Positions 40,701-54,200 of a DNA stretch of 64,000 nucleotides are shown here, piece after piece. The stretch spans positions 471,428 to 535,427 of the forward strand of contig NMRA01000100.1 in NCBI GenBank assembly GCA_002633005.1, given 5' to 3'. Position 1 is the stretch's first letter. Each line of letters opens with the position of its first letter. The DNA comes from Phoronis australis (lineage: Eukaryota > Animalia > Phoronida). A model generated the notes under the pieces. That model saw only the letters and a program-made list of their open reading frames with translations, had not been told where the DNA came from and did no database searches. A program made the translations under genes and the position numbers.

Positions 40701-43700
40701 CTCAGACCCCAGCTCGCGGCGGAATCGGGTTCCCGTTTTATTTTTTAGTCCACCGATAGAATTTGTGAATAGAGAGTTCACATCCCCGGCCCGACCGACT
40801 TTTGAGCCGCACATGCAAGCGCTCTTTACCCATGCAATTGCCAATGCAACATGTTGCCTCCCCCCCTCATGTTATCCTAGGTCCGCCACTGTTTTCTAAC
40901 ACAAAAAACGGAGTACCACATTCAGAGCTATGAATTGTTCATTCGCGCCTTTTTAGTGGACACTTGTCTCATTTTCTCGGCCACTTTTTGTTTCTATGAG
41001 GCCTGCCTTTTTGCCCACTTCGCCAAATCTGAGGGCTCGTTCGAGCCCCGAGCCTCCCCACGGGTGTGCGCATGTTTTGATTGTGTTTTTATTTTGGTCA
41101 TATATCATCTTGAGGTAAATTTTGCGCAGACGAGCAGCTGCTGTCAATATGTTATATGGCCACTCTCGTTTTCTGTATAGTTGTAACATCTCTTGTTGCC
41201 CTTCGAAGGACCAGGCGGATATACCGAGAGTTTGAGTAAGTGTCAATTAAGGTAAGCATTAACCAGACAACAGTGTCGTGTATTCAACTTATCTTGTGTA
41301 TACGAAGTCTGATACCAAACTATTCTAGTCTAGCTGTCTGACTAATTGCTCTGGTCGTCGTCACGTTAATGCTTTCAGCTTTGCGTTCGCAATAGCGTAC
41401 GCAAGACTTTCTAAGTTACGATTAGGTGTTCAGCTTTTGATAAAATGTTCCCCTATGCATGACGGTGAAACCCATGTTTGTCTCGACTGATATTTCTAGT
41501 GGACTTACGTTGAACATGAAGTGCTATTTCCGTGCTGTTGGAAATGCCAACAGCGTTCTTCAATTGGCAGTGATAACGACCAATAGCAGACCTGCAAGAG
41601 GGAACAGTAAATCTAAAGGATAGAACAAATTAAACACAACTGTACGTGTAGTAGGACAGTGTCGTATTTTAATCGGGGTAAACGGGATGGGTTCTCCCGC
41701 GCCCCTATGGGGCGCCCTCAAGTGAAAGAAAAACATTCACTACTTACTAGGAGCGGCTGATGTTTCCACTCTTCTGTCAAAGTGAGGCCATTGTCAAGTG
41801 GGAACATCAGTCAGGTGGGTGACCTTATTACTCGAGCCGTACCCTTTAAAAGTACTGTCATCGGTGAAACTATGCTTTGTTCCAGACACAGGTGTAGAAT
41901 CGAAGTGCACTACACGTCCCGATGAATTACAAATACACTTTAAGAGTCACAACACGGGAGAGGATGGTGTATGTCCAACTGCAGCAGTGACGAATTCCTA
42001 CAGGTACTGTACCTTAGTAAACGCTTCCTAATGAATAAAAATGCTTTACCTGTTCACTGCACCAATATGCAGTCCTACTGATTTCCCAGGTACATTTACT
42101 GGACGAATACCCTGTCCAAGGGCTAGTTCTTTTCCGTTTCTGTACCAAAGTATACTTTCAGGAAAAGGGTTTGCATTTACAGTTAGATTAAAAAATGCAT
42201 TTTCTCCTTCTATCACTTCGACGACTTTCGTGGTCGCAGTAATTTCCGGTTCAACTGCAATTAAAGTTAATAGCAATTGTGAAAAGTTTGTTGGAATCCA
42301 AGAAAATTTAAGATTATTGGAGGTATTACGAACAGAATTGTTGGTTATAACCATAGACATCATACTGACGGTTTTCGAACACGTAGCCCTGCTCATGGCC
42401 AATGGTAACATTCGGCCAAAAACTAACCACATTTCAACTCGTTTTGAGACCTGCGCTCACAGACTAGGAAAACAATCCACCAACATCAATTGCATAAGCA
42501 AGGCCTGAAACGTCATGAACTGCCAGATTAAAAACAAACGCTTCATCAAATTCGTCTAAGGCGGACTTTAGTTTTTAAAAAGTGGGTATGCAACTAAACA
42601 ATCACCGCCCCACCGACTGGATTTTCCACTACTCAAAATACGAAGACCTGAACTAATTTTACTTTTGGCCTGGCTTCAAATGACTATCTCAGTATCTGTC
42701 TGCAAACGGAACTGAAAACTGAAACTCATATTCGGAATACAAACTTTAAATGGCTTACATTGGACGTCCAGTCTTAAAACATCTTTCAGAGGAGGACGAA
42801 GTTGTCTGAGCATAACGTCATTGATGACGTCACATTGGTATTGGCTCTCGTGGTCTCGACTGGAAGCCTGTATGTTCAATGTACTGGTGACCGTAAATGT
42901 ATTGTCAAACTCTTTCAGCGATCTGTATGTGGTGTTCAGAGTGACGCCGTTCCTCGACCACACTAACGCTGACACTGGCTTAGAACCAGGAGACTTGCAT
43001 ATAAGTGTGTAAGATCTGCCCGCTATGACTGGTGAAGGGCGGCTGATAACAGGTTTAAGTGGCATCACTACAAGATACAAATTCGATTTTTGGCATTACA
43101 AACGAGAAAAACAAAACATGTTGACCTTTTTGGCTTCCGTGCTCAATTTTTTTTCACGCATGTAATTTTGCACAGTTTCCGTGTACGTTATTATACATGC
43201 GCGCACGCAGCCTAAAATGCAGGGGGGCTCGAATTTTCGGGGTTCGCCGAATTCGTGCCTTTTCTTGTTTTCTCGGTCTTATTGTTTCTGTGGGGCGGAG
43301 CTTTTTGCCCACTTCGCTAATTAGGGGGGGGGGGGGGCGTTCGAGCTCCCTCCCCCCCTGGGTGGGCGCATGTTATATTGATAGTCGTTTATCATAAAAC
43401 AAAAGCAACATAACATATGGTGCTTTTAGATTGTTTTATATATCAGCTGATCATGCAAACCATCAGTGTTAAATATAAGTTGGAAGGAGATTCAAGAATC
43501 TGTTGGAACTATACAGTGTCTCCACATCGAAATTACTTGATACGTTCAACAATATCCTACAATCAAAAATAATTTGCCACCATTCATTGCATTTACGCTG
43601 CATTTTCCCTTGTCACATTTCTGTTGCAAACTCACAGTTCATATCGGGCACGGCTTTTCTCTTCGTTTCAGAGTATATCAATACAGCACTCTCTGCCGTG

Positions 43701-46222
43701 CAAATTATAGTCCCTCGATACATATCTCTGGTAGCAGCTATCGACAACACTGATGTTCGCGATGAAATACCATCTTGTGAGCCCGTGTCGACATACTTTT
43801 GAAATTCCGAAATATCCCTCAGTTGTCCGTTTGAATCTGTAAGGCACCAATATGTCATACACGTAACTACAATCACATGTTTACGACAGCGTACCAACTA
43901 AATGTCAGACTACATCCGTTCATTTGAACACAGTGGAAGAACTCGCAAGTAGGCCTACATGTGTGACAGGTTCAGGTCCTGTTGCAACTTCAAAACTAAA
44001 CTTTTGGGGTGAATTTACAATGTGAAATACTGCAACTATACGTGCCCCAATGCGGGGTTTTACATTAGTAAACACAGCGAACACATAGGAGCAATCCATT
44101 GCCTCGAAGGTTCACTACTCAGATACCACAAGAAATTTCAGACTCCGGTATATTTTTTTATTTCTATGTGCAAATTACTTCGTTGAAAACACGACTAGTC
44201 TTTGTGTTTGCAAGCTTGATACTGGTTCGCTCGTAGTTTCGGAACAGTCGCCTTTCTTTAGGTGTGCAGCTATGTTGTAAAACATCGTGAGACATAACAA
44301 GCAAATTAAAACACCAGCTATATTTGGAGACTGCATGTCTTATCATCAGGCAATAAGGGGGGTTAACATAACATAACGGAATAAACAGTGAAATACACGT
44401 GACAGTGGGAAGAGGGGCATTCAAGCAGAGAGTGAGAATGCAACACACAACAGGAAGACCGCAACCGTATCGAAACAGAGCCAGCGTGCGGTACACACCT
44501 GTGAGCTGCTCATTCAATACAGGTTTTTCGTGACTCGTCAATAGCGATTCCAACATCTTTGGCTGAAATGTGTAATTTTCAACATGGCGAATGATGGTAT
44601 TATCTACTATTTCTTGCCTAGATATTTTTTCAAGCTTGCAAACAAAAAGTGTAGTCGTGTTTTCAACGAAGATTGTGTAAACGAAGGGCTGCTACCGAAC
44701 TATACTAATATGCAAATAAATATACACGATTTTTCGGGTACTAGACCCAGTTCAGGGCCGTAGGAAGCGGGGGACGTGTCTTCCCCAATTAATTTGCAGG
44801 CATCGTGGCAAAAGGATAGGATTGGGGCCTGGGGCAGGTGAGAAAAGAAAGACAATGAAAATGGAAAAGAAAGAAAATTCAAGAAAACATTCATTAACTA
44901 CCAGTGCTTGACTGATTTACTCTTTGAGGCACCTGGCCAGGACAATTTTATTAGGAGTGGCCATTTTAAGGTCATCTAAACGCATTAAATAATCCATTAT
45001 TATTTGTATTAGGAAAAAATCGAGAAAATTTACAGAAATATGGGAAATTCAATGCTGAAAGGTTGATGTTATCTATTTATGCGTGCATAATTATTGAGAG
45101 CCTCGGGACAACAATTGAGGCTGAATGGTATCTGTAGCATTATAATAGCGAATACGCGTCGTAGTCAAACAAACCCATAAAATGGCTATCTCTTTAGTTT
45201 ACCAGTGTCTGCAGAACCTGACTGTAGCACAGACGTGTGACTAGGATGTAGTTAAGACTACTTTCAGTTCAACGGAGAAGCATATACTGCGAGATTACAT
45301 ATGCGTTGAGCTACTATAAGCATGTGTAAGTCAAACCATTTAGAATTCTTAAATCTTGAATTTCGCCGCTGATAAAAACGCGAGGGACTCGCAACTTAAT
45401 AGCACCACATACGAACCTTCCATGGTCCAGACCATCTCTGGTAGTGGTTTGCTGTTTTCAACACTACATTCATATTGCAGGGTGGTCCCTTCATCTTTAG
45501 TCACGTGTTTATTTGGTCCGACCAGTGACAAACTTCTCGGGTTCACTGTGCAGAAAAAATAGTGGTGCAACACACAGTTTGGTTAATTCAATTTGATTTA
45601 ATAAGCACTTTAACAAAAATAAATCTGAACAGTGCATTATGAAAGCATGAGATTATATTGATACTTATTGAAACTTTCAAACTAGAAAGGTCGTTTTCGT
45701 CATATACTGTCCACTTCAAATATTCGCTACCAATCACGTGATCTTAACCCACAAATTACAGTTGACAATCAAAGAACTGTTTTGAAAAAAGGTTGTGCCG
45801 TTATAAACATTGTACAATTAATATGAAAAACCATGAACCATACCGAGGACTACAACTGAAGTTTCGTGGTAAGTAGTGGAGACACTGGTTGGCCATTTAT
45901 AGCACCTGTAAACGCCTTCATCTCCTACCCACATGTCTTCAACATGAAGAACGACCTTTCCCGACCCATTTGATGTGGAGAATTTCCCTGGATCCGCCCA
46001 AGACTCCACCTTTCCATTCACTGAAATAGTGGCACCATGACGTCCGGTTCTGTCCCATACGATGTTGGTGCTCGACAACCCAGTGACGTCTATCGGGCAA
46101 GTTATGACCAGAGTCGAACCAGCCACAACTGGATATGTTTGGGTTACTACATCGGAACCAACAGCCATGCATGTAGACATTAAAATTATGGATGTCGCAT
46201 ACATATGTTTTGCTGGAGACAT
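37781..46222 (-). CDS. Sidestep/nephrin-like cell-adhesion protein (signal, 5 Ig, FN3, TM, short tail), 705 aa; exons 46222-45844, 45545-45417, 43836-43636, 43067-42759, 42254-42050, 41591-41509, 39689-39485, 39084-38993, 38543-38238, 37989-37781
   Basis: Ten GT-AG exons sum to 2118 nt in an open frame. Side-family hallmarks: QPQCHENHKQKYGV...LTCRVYANP, YTPNTTYDYTTFQCFANNSLGSSRQPC, FN3 PRRCLVTN...TVRCKSGFDGGSKQYF; TM VYVIVALVVVVCVGGLVGTAVFVY-RNKKK. Confidence 0.88.
40513..41074 (+). mobile_element. hAT-like MITE with 5-bp TSD (copy 2), holding a nested MITE (~40575-40891, CATAGGCGGA...TCCGCCACTG)
   Basis: TTTTG|CATGCACGCACCCAG...CGGGTGTGCGCATG|TTTTG; longer than copies 1 and 3 by roughly the nested insert. 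Confidence 0.8.
43196..43372 (+). mobile_element. hAT-like MITE with 5-bp TSD (copy 3)
   Basis: TTATA|CATGCGCGCACGCAG...CTGGGTGGGCGCATG|TTATA. Confidence 0.8.
44178..44671. mobile_element. MITE with ~42-bp TIRs
   Basis: CTTCGTTGAAAACACGACTA...TTTGCAAGCTTGA / TCAAGCTTGCAAA...TAGTCGTGTTTTCAACGAAG. Confidence 0.8.
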
Positions 46223-48221
46223 AATGCAACCCAGGCTTCTCTTTTCTTCTTCTTGTAGTCTACTTCTAGCGCTTTACTAGACGTATAATGTTGACTGAAA
46301 TCACAAAAATTATTTGTAAAAACAGACAGTCACGCACCTTAGCAGTTGTTTTCTTAAAAATGTTCTCAAGCTCGGGCGTATACTTTGCAGTATTGTGAGG
46401 GCATGGGATTTCTCATATGGAATTATTCTTCTATTTAACATTTCGTAATGGTTTTAAAAATGGAGTTTTGATCTTGTTATTTGCATTTCATCTACCATTA
46501 TAAATGTACCGTCCATGATACCGTTGGATATGCCGCGCTAGTCCCACTGGCGGCGCTGCAAAGAAACGTCAATGAGAACTAGATGTTCATTCATGCACAC
46601 ATGCCAGTGTCTCTTGCATGGGCCCCCCAGCCCACGTCTGGCGCACCGCCCATAGACCACCGTACGTAGGGTGGTGTAGCACTAGTGAAAAAAGTTGGTG
46701 TGCCGCCCGTGTCTTGGCTTTATTTGTATGATTTTCTCAGTTTCGAACTATAGTCATTCAACTAACTTACATCCTTTTTGGCGATCCCCATGATTCTAAT
46801 GTAGCAGGATTTGAAATCACTAAGTAGTTTACTGTTGAAAATCACTGCTAGATCGATAGGCCTATCTATGTTGCTCTCAGCTCCGGCGCCGGTCAGCCCT
46901 TTGAGTTCGAAGTGAACACTTTCATCAAAACCTCAAAAATATGACTGTCTAAATTCATAGCGTTTTCATAAAAACATGTGAGAGAACTTACCCTTGTAAA
47001 CACTTCAATTTTACTGAGCACTAATTCCGTTGACTGAGAACCTTATAGTTATCGAGAAGTCTGCATATGGGTGAGGCACACGTATGGTAAGGACTTCATT
47101 GTATTATAAGTGTTTATGATGGATACACTGTTGTCAACAAATAAGCATCAATCAATGGGAGTATTAATTAATTAATTAATATGTTTACGAAACGCCAAAT
47201 GCATGATAACAGTTAATTGGCGTCGTTCGCTCGCATAACTCTCTCTTGACGTAATCCACACTGAGCGGTTTTGTCAACAAATGTCTCTGTTGTTGAGTCA
47301 TTGACAGTAAAAATGTTTCTGTGACTACGCATTCGAAAAACGTATGTGAAATTTGTACATTTGATTTTCTAATTTCTTTACTGTCGGGAATTTATAAAGG
47401 ATACCCATTCACAAGCAGAAGCAAATGTTTGACCTACATACGGGCTTTTAGAATATGGAGCTGGCTTTCTTGACTCAGTTGGTATATGTTTTTATGAAAT
47501 CATAGATTATTGTTTATGATGAAATTGACCGAAATCTAAAAAAGTGAATTTTGAAGGTCCTTCTTTTAAAAATACTATTATTGGATGATAGTAAATACTG
47601 CCAATTGCTTAAACAAAGGATTTGCCTTTCGCACAAAATTACGAAACGGAACTGGCTGTTGTTACCTAACAGTCTCGTAGATCCGAACCGCACTCGGCAA
47701 GTTGATTGTCCCGCTTCTACAGACGAAATCAATGACTGCAAACGTTGGGTATATTTTCTAAATTTTGTCACTTAAGTCTGCGATTCGTCCTGACTGCCTG
47801 CGCTTTTTGTCTTCTGAATTGGTCGGCGGTCCAGAAAGAATGCCCCGTGACCGTGTTGTCGCCTTAGCCTTTGGTGGACATTTGGACAATTTCAATGGCT
47901 TAATTTTTGCCTTTGGCAATTTTTCTCAGAGCTTGAACTGAGTTAAGATACAACTGTGCAAATGAGAAAATGACGCATGATTAAAATGACTTGCAATCCT
48001 GTCCATGAATGACTAAGAACACGCGATGCTTGGAAACGTTTAGCCTTGGTACAGCGCTGTATATTTTGACGACAGTCTTCATACAGCTAGCTGGCTGGCT
48101 AGGAAACGTTCTACTTCAAGATAAGACTCGCGTTGTTTGCTTTTATTGAACTTTCACCCCGGCATCTATAGTTTGAGTCCTGAGTCAGCTGAAGCAAATA
48201 TTGTACTTCTGACTGATTGAT
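46223..48221. promoter_or_regulatory. Divergent (head-to-head) 5' region shared by the Side-like gene and HSDL2
   Basis: Start codons 2 kb apart, pointing away from each other; AP-1 TGA(C/G)TCA at ~47294, ~47472, 48181; candidate minus-strand 5' UTR exon donors GTAAGT at ~46991 and ~46770. Confidence 0.45.
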
Positions 48222-51200
48222 ATGGTGAAAAACACAGGGTTGGTTGATTATTTAAAGCCACTTAAAGCAGCCTTGATACAGAGCTGTGTGATTTTGTGTA
48301 ATGGCTGTTCAGTAAGCAGTCAGTTTTGGTTAGAATTTAGTTATGCCTGGGTGTACTGTTCATAACTGAGCCAGGTAGCTGAATCCAAAATTTTTTCAGT
48401 TAACATGAACTGGTAAACACTAGGTAAACTGAGCGAGGCTTGTTATACAATTTGTGTATTAGCAGATTAGTCAATATACCTACATAAACTGATTACACTT
48501 CCTGTTACAGTAAGCTTGCTGGTCGAACACTGTTCATTACCGGTGCTTCTCGGGGAATTGGTAAAGCCATTGCTCTCAAGGCAGCTAGAGATGGGGCCAA
48601 TATCGTTATCGCAGCAAAGACTGTCGAGCCTCATCCGAAGTTACCAGGAACAATTTACACTGCAGCTAAAGAAAGTAGGTATATTAGCATTCACCAAGTG
48701 GTAGGCATCCTTGCATGGCTACTTCTGTGGAGGGCACTAGTCGGTCCCACTTTAAATCATTGTAACGTATTCAATTTTTAACACAAAATCATAATTTGGC
48801 ATCCACGGGTTCGTTTTTGTCAACTTATCCGCAGTCGGAAATCTGTTCAGTGACGGGAGTTCAAAACATCAGCAATTGTGAACCCTGGGTAATATCTCAT
48901 CATGTTTTGTCACTTTGCATTATAATTCTCCAGAAGCAACACTGTCAAAGTGTCAATTACAATGTAAGTTAATACAGCAATGCTGTGTAATAGTACTTAG
49001 AAAATACTAAAACCTTCTGTTAACACAGTAGATAAACTTAAGGATTTTAAATGTTGTCTGTTGTCTTGATGTGTTTTAGGTAGTTTGTAGATGGATAAAT
49101 TTTTTATTGTCAGTTTTCAGGCGGCGAGTAAACACAAAGCAGTGAATTGTACCTTCTCCTTGTTTCAGCATTTTTCTGTATTGTTATTTTGTTTAGTCGA
49201 AGAGGCTGGTGGTCGTTGTCTCCCCTGTGTTGTTGATATTCAACACGAGGACCAAGTGAAGAAGGCTGTTGAGGAAGCTGTCCACACGTTCGGCCATATT
49301 GATATCCTTGTAAATAATGCCAGCGCAATCAGATTGACCGGTACTGCGGAGACACCCATGAAACGCTATGACCTTATGATGGGCATCAATGGGCGTGGTA
49401 CATATCTATGGTGTGTACAATTAAACTTTTTTTCTGTTTGATTACTGAAGAACCAAAATGGAGACTTTTTCACTCCCCCCACAAAATATATCTTGAAATC
49501 TTTCTCAGTGCAATAGAACTCCATTGACCCAAAGAATGTCTATGAGTTGTAAACTCTCCAGAAACAAATATGCTCAAAAATGTACATATAAGTAGAATTG
49601 ACGAGCTCTTCAAAATTTGACCGCCTAGTTCAATTTAGGGGATTTCATCTTTGGCACTGCTGTCTATTTTCAAATGTATTTTGGTGCAGTTGTCAGCTCT
49701 TGTATTGTCTTTACATCTACGTACTGTGTAGATGCAACAGGTTCAGCTGTGACAGTTCCAATCTGTCATTCAATCAGGTTTTATTCACATGTAACAACTA
49801 CTCATCCCAGTGAGGAATTATTGCAGACAAAGTCACTAAAGTGTCGGCATGCCTTAATGACCGTAACGATAAATTTACATGTCAAACACAACGGTGTTCT
49901 TGGTTTCTTTATTTGCGTTATTTTCTTCTTGGCCCAATGTTTTGGTCATCACCATTATACCATGTTCATACCGTACTGGCAAAAATTATGCAACTATGCG
50001 ACCAGGAATTCCCGTTCATGGTGTCTAACCACTAGCTGAACATTCCATAGTTGCAACTGACAGCAGGTTGATTTAAATATCAGAGTAGCTGAAATGACGA
50101 GTCATGCTAGGTCCTGTTGGTTTTGCCTGATTAACTGCTGCACCAATTTTCCTCTTTGCAAATGAAATCTGCCTAATTGGTTTTAATTCAATGAATTTTA
50201 CTTTTCAGCTCTCAAGTATGTCTTCCACACCTCCAGAAAGGCCGTAATCCACACATTCTGAACATCAGTCCTCCACTGAATTTGAACCCCAAGTGGTTTA
50301 AAAATCATGTCGGTAAGTTGAATAACTCATGAAAATTAAAATGTAGAAGAGCATTTTTCTAACCTTGTTTTCGTAGTGAATACAGAAATCAACATCCAAA
50401 TCACTGATTTTGGTATGTTCACAATGAGGAGTGGTGACTTTGAGTGTTAATTGTTTCTTTGGTGTACAATTTTTATTTGCAGTAGGTTGTTCTTCTGGTA
50501 GTCATTAGGTTCTATTGCATATCTACATTAAAAGTGCTTAATATCAAGTTTACACCAGGGTGTCCATGTTAGCTATTGACATTGTTATATTTTTGTAGCT
50601 TTCACCATAACCAAATACAACATAACTATGTGACCTCTCAATCAGTTATATTCTGCTGCTTACATTAGAACCAAGTACAAAATGTCTATGTGATCTCTGA
50701 ATCAGGCAAGTGTGTAACCTACACTATGGCCAAGTATTGTATGTCGATGTGAGCTATGAATCAGTTGTATTTTATAGCTTACACTATGGCCAAGTACGGC
50801 ATGTCTATGTGTGCTCTTGGTATGGCTGAGGAGTTCAGAGATGATGCCATAGCTGTCAACGCATTATGGCCCAGAACAGGTACAGTTACGATGTGTAGTA
50901 TTTTTAGATAATTTGTTTGATCATAGGTTCCATTCACTGTGACCATGAGATGGTGCAGTTTATACTATTGGATACATAAAGGATATGCCATGAAACAAGC
51001 CAGTGCATAGTGGCTTTGAATGGATATTGTTGTATCCTCTGAATACGGCTGTACACAGATAATCAGGTGCTGGTATAAATACTGATGCTAAAATTTGACA
51101 GTTTTAGGCTTAGAATTCTCTCTTAAATTACAATACAAGCCAAAATAAAACAATGAAACAAAACACCGTACCAGTGTCGTGACAATCAATTTTGCGTGCA

Positions 51201-54200
51201 CATTCCTTTTTGCCCAGTTCCAAGCACAACAGCTGTAATCTCGTCGCAGTCTCGTAATAAATAAATTCAAAGCAATTGCACATTGAACATTGGCTCATTT
51301 TAACGAAGACAATAGATTTCCTGTACCTAGCAGTCTTATATGTGTCGTAAAATTTTTGGCATCTTGTCTTTGGAATTTTCTGTTTGTAAAATTGAGACCT
51401 GTTGCTGATGAAAAGGGAATGTGGAGATTTTTGCAAGTCGAAGTTTCTGTGAATACTTACTACATCAAAGTGTAGCCCTTCGTCGGCATGCTGGTGTCAT
51501 GAACATTGAAACTGGCTTCAACATTATTATTCATAAATGATGTGAAATTCATCCAAAATCAATTGTTTTAAGACTGCAACTATGTTAAGAAGGTCAACTA
51601 TCACGTGTTGTGCCATAACAGCTGGTCTAATTACAGTAAACCAGTCGTCTGCATTTGTCGAGCTATGTATCTTTTAAAGGTGTCATGATTAATTAGATCC
51701 AAACTGTAGGAATAGGGAAACGCTTTGCGGTAAATTACCTGTCATGACAAACAAATACTATAACAGTCAGTTCCGACTCAATTCACTTGACTGTCATGGC
51801 ATGCCAGTTTGCTTGCACTCAGCTGTCATGATGTGGAATAACGAGGTATTTTGTTTGTTTTTTGTGGCTTTAATTTAACATATCTCGCAAAAAGCAAATT
51901 ATCTGTGGATCAAAGAAAGAACCGATTTGTGTTCTGTTTTGGTTGACTATGCTTATTGTCCTGGTCTGCAAAATTTTAATTAGGACCAAGCAAGCAGAAG
52001 TCACTTTCTTGATCTCATTTCACTTAAGAGTTCCATGTCGGATGTGCTGGCTATTGTTTTGTTGCTATTTCACACTGTCTTGTATTTGTGAATTGTAAAC
52101 ATAATAGTCTCATTTCTCCCAGGATGCTGTAGTATGTGTTATCTGCTTTCTATTCACCATATATATATTGTGTCTCCTAATTAGCCATCTACACGGCTGC
52201 CATGGAAATGCTTAGTGGAGGATCAGAGATAGCCAAGAGTTGTCGCACACCAGATATAATGGCCGATGCTGCTTACCTTATCCTGACGAAGGACAGTAGA
52301 AAATTCACGGGTAACTTTTGTATAGATGACGCGGTGCTGAAAGAGGCAGGGGTCACAGACTTGGATAAGTACAGTTGTGTGCCAGGTAGGTTTGCCATAA
52401 CTGTTCAATAATTTTGTTAGGCAGTCTGGAATTGTTTCTTAGAAAAATATCTTGAAATTGGTTTTTCTTAGCAGAAAACTGTGAAAAGGATTATGCCTAA
52501 AGGTTCTGAACAATATAGGATTTGAGGAATAGCCACCTTCTATTAAACAAACCGTACTTGCGTCATATGTTTCTCATTAAACAAGAAGACAACTGTTCTT
52601 GAGGAAAGAAGTTTGTTATTTGGCATGCAATTCATTAGTGAACAAAAAGGGCTTTAGGACTGTTCCAGTAAAATCCGTGTGGGAGGGGAGGGGGCGGCAG
52701 TAGAAATAAAAATTCACGGGAGGTGGTTCCTGTAAGAAGTGATGCATTAAAAATGGGTGGTATTTTTTGACTAGTTAATGTTGACAGTTTGGTTACTTCA
52801 GCGTCAAAACTCAAAAAATGTAATTGGCATATATCCTGACTTATCCGAATTCAAAAAAGCCCATATTGCCAGTGAACAGAGTGCAATACGTTCACTAAAC
52901 CATTAATCAAGTCATGGGCAACTTGATTTGAGCCAACTGTTTGTCTGCAGTCCTATTGAATTGAAAAGTTATGCAACACTAAACTGGTGTTAACACATAT
53001 AAGAAAATTGATGATTTTTAAATAAAAAGTATGAGGAGTAAGATAAACAAGTTCCAATATTCACTTGACATAGAAGTATAAAAGAGTTTGTGGACACAGT
53101 TTGTGATTCATAGATCCTTATAATTGAAAAAATGTTCATTGAAATTATAGACATATGGTGAACAGAGCCACCTAGTGGCTGCCAAAAGTATTGCTCACAG
53201 GCTACTTTAGTTTTTGACAATATTGGACAAGACAACTAGTTCTTGTCTGTCAATCATCTAAGTTCTTAACAGGTCCTCCTGGAGGCAATTTGTTTGCAAG
53301 TGTTTGATTTTATATGTTAACCTATTAAAAATAATTAAAAAATTATGGGTCATGGGTTGGAGAAATAAATGAAAAATACGGGCGGTGGGTACGAAATAAA
53401 AGTGCCTTCCCCCCTCCCATACAGATTTTGCTGGAACAACCCTTAATGGGAATTGATAAGAATTGGAAAAAAATAATTTAGATAGTGACGACCACAAAAT
53501 AGGTTGTTTTTAGTGACTGTAGATGGTTCAGCATTAGGGTTTATCCCTTCTGTGGGTGTGTTCCTATTTCGCTGTCACATTTATCACCATGCTGTTCCAG
53601 GGACTGATCTGATGCCAGATTTTTTCTTGGACGACGTGGACCCTCTCCAGAGAGCAGGTGGTGCTACTGCTGCAACGACAGTGTTTTCTGCTGGTGAAGT
53701 GGGTAGTATATTCAACACCATCAACGGCATGCTGAGTGCAGATCTTGTAAAATCCATTAGTGGGATATATGCATTTGAGCTGAGTGGTATGTTGCTATTT
53801 ATCCAACAGTATCTTTGCATGTCGTGTTATTGGAACTTGTGCTGTTATCATTTGGCAAATTTTTATGCCGATACATAACAGTAGTTTTCAGAATTATCTG
53901 GACAACTTTAGATTTTAACATAGTTTAATTGCACAGATTTGCAACTAATTATCTCTCTCCCGTCTTCCTGTCTCACTCTCGATTCTTCTCTTTCCCTCTC
54001 AGTCTTCCACTTCCTGTTATGCTTCTCTTCTCTCGCACGCAGATGATTTACTACTTTCAAGTTTTGAGTGATTATTTTTGTGTGGTTTTGATAAAGGGAG
54101 CATTGCGTCCTGAGACAATAATGCAATGAGAAATAACAGCAGAGTCTGATCTAGTTAGTCATTTCTTAGCAGAGTCTGATCTAGTTGGTCATTTTTGAGC

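Noticed and set aside
46771-46791. Minus-strand MGIAKKD mini-exon as the start of the Side-like gene
   Set aside because: Splicing to the acceptor at 46294 meets an in-frame TAG; the ATG at 46222 already supplies a signal peptide.
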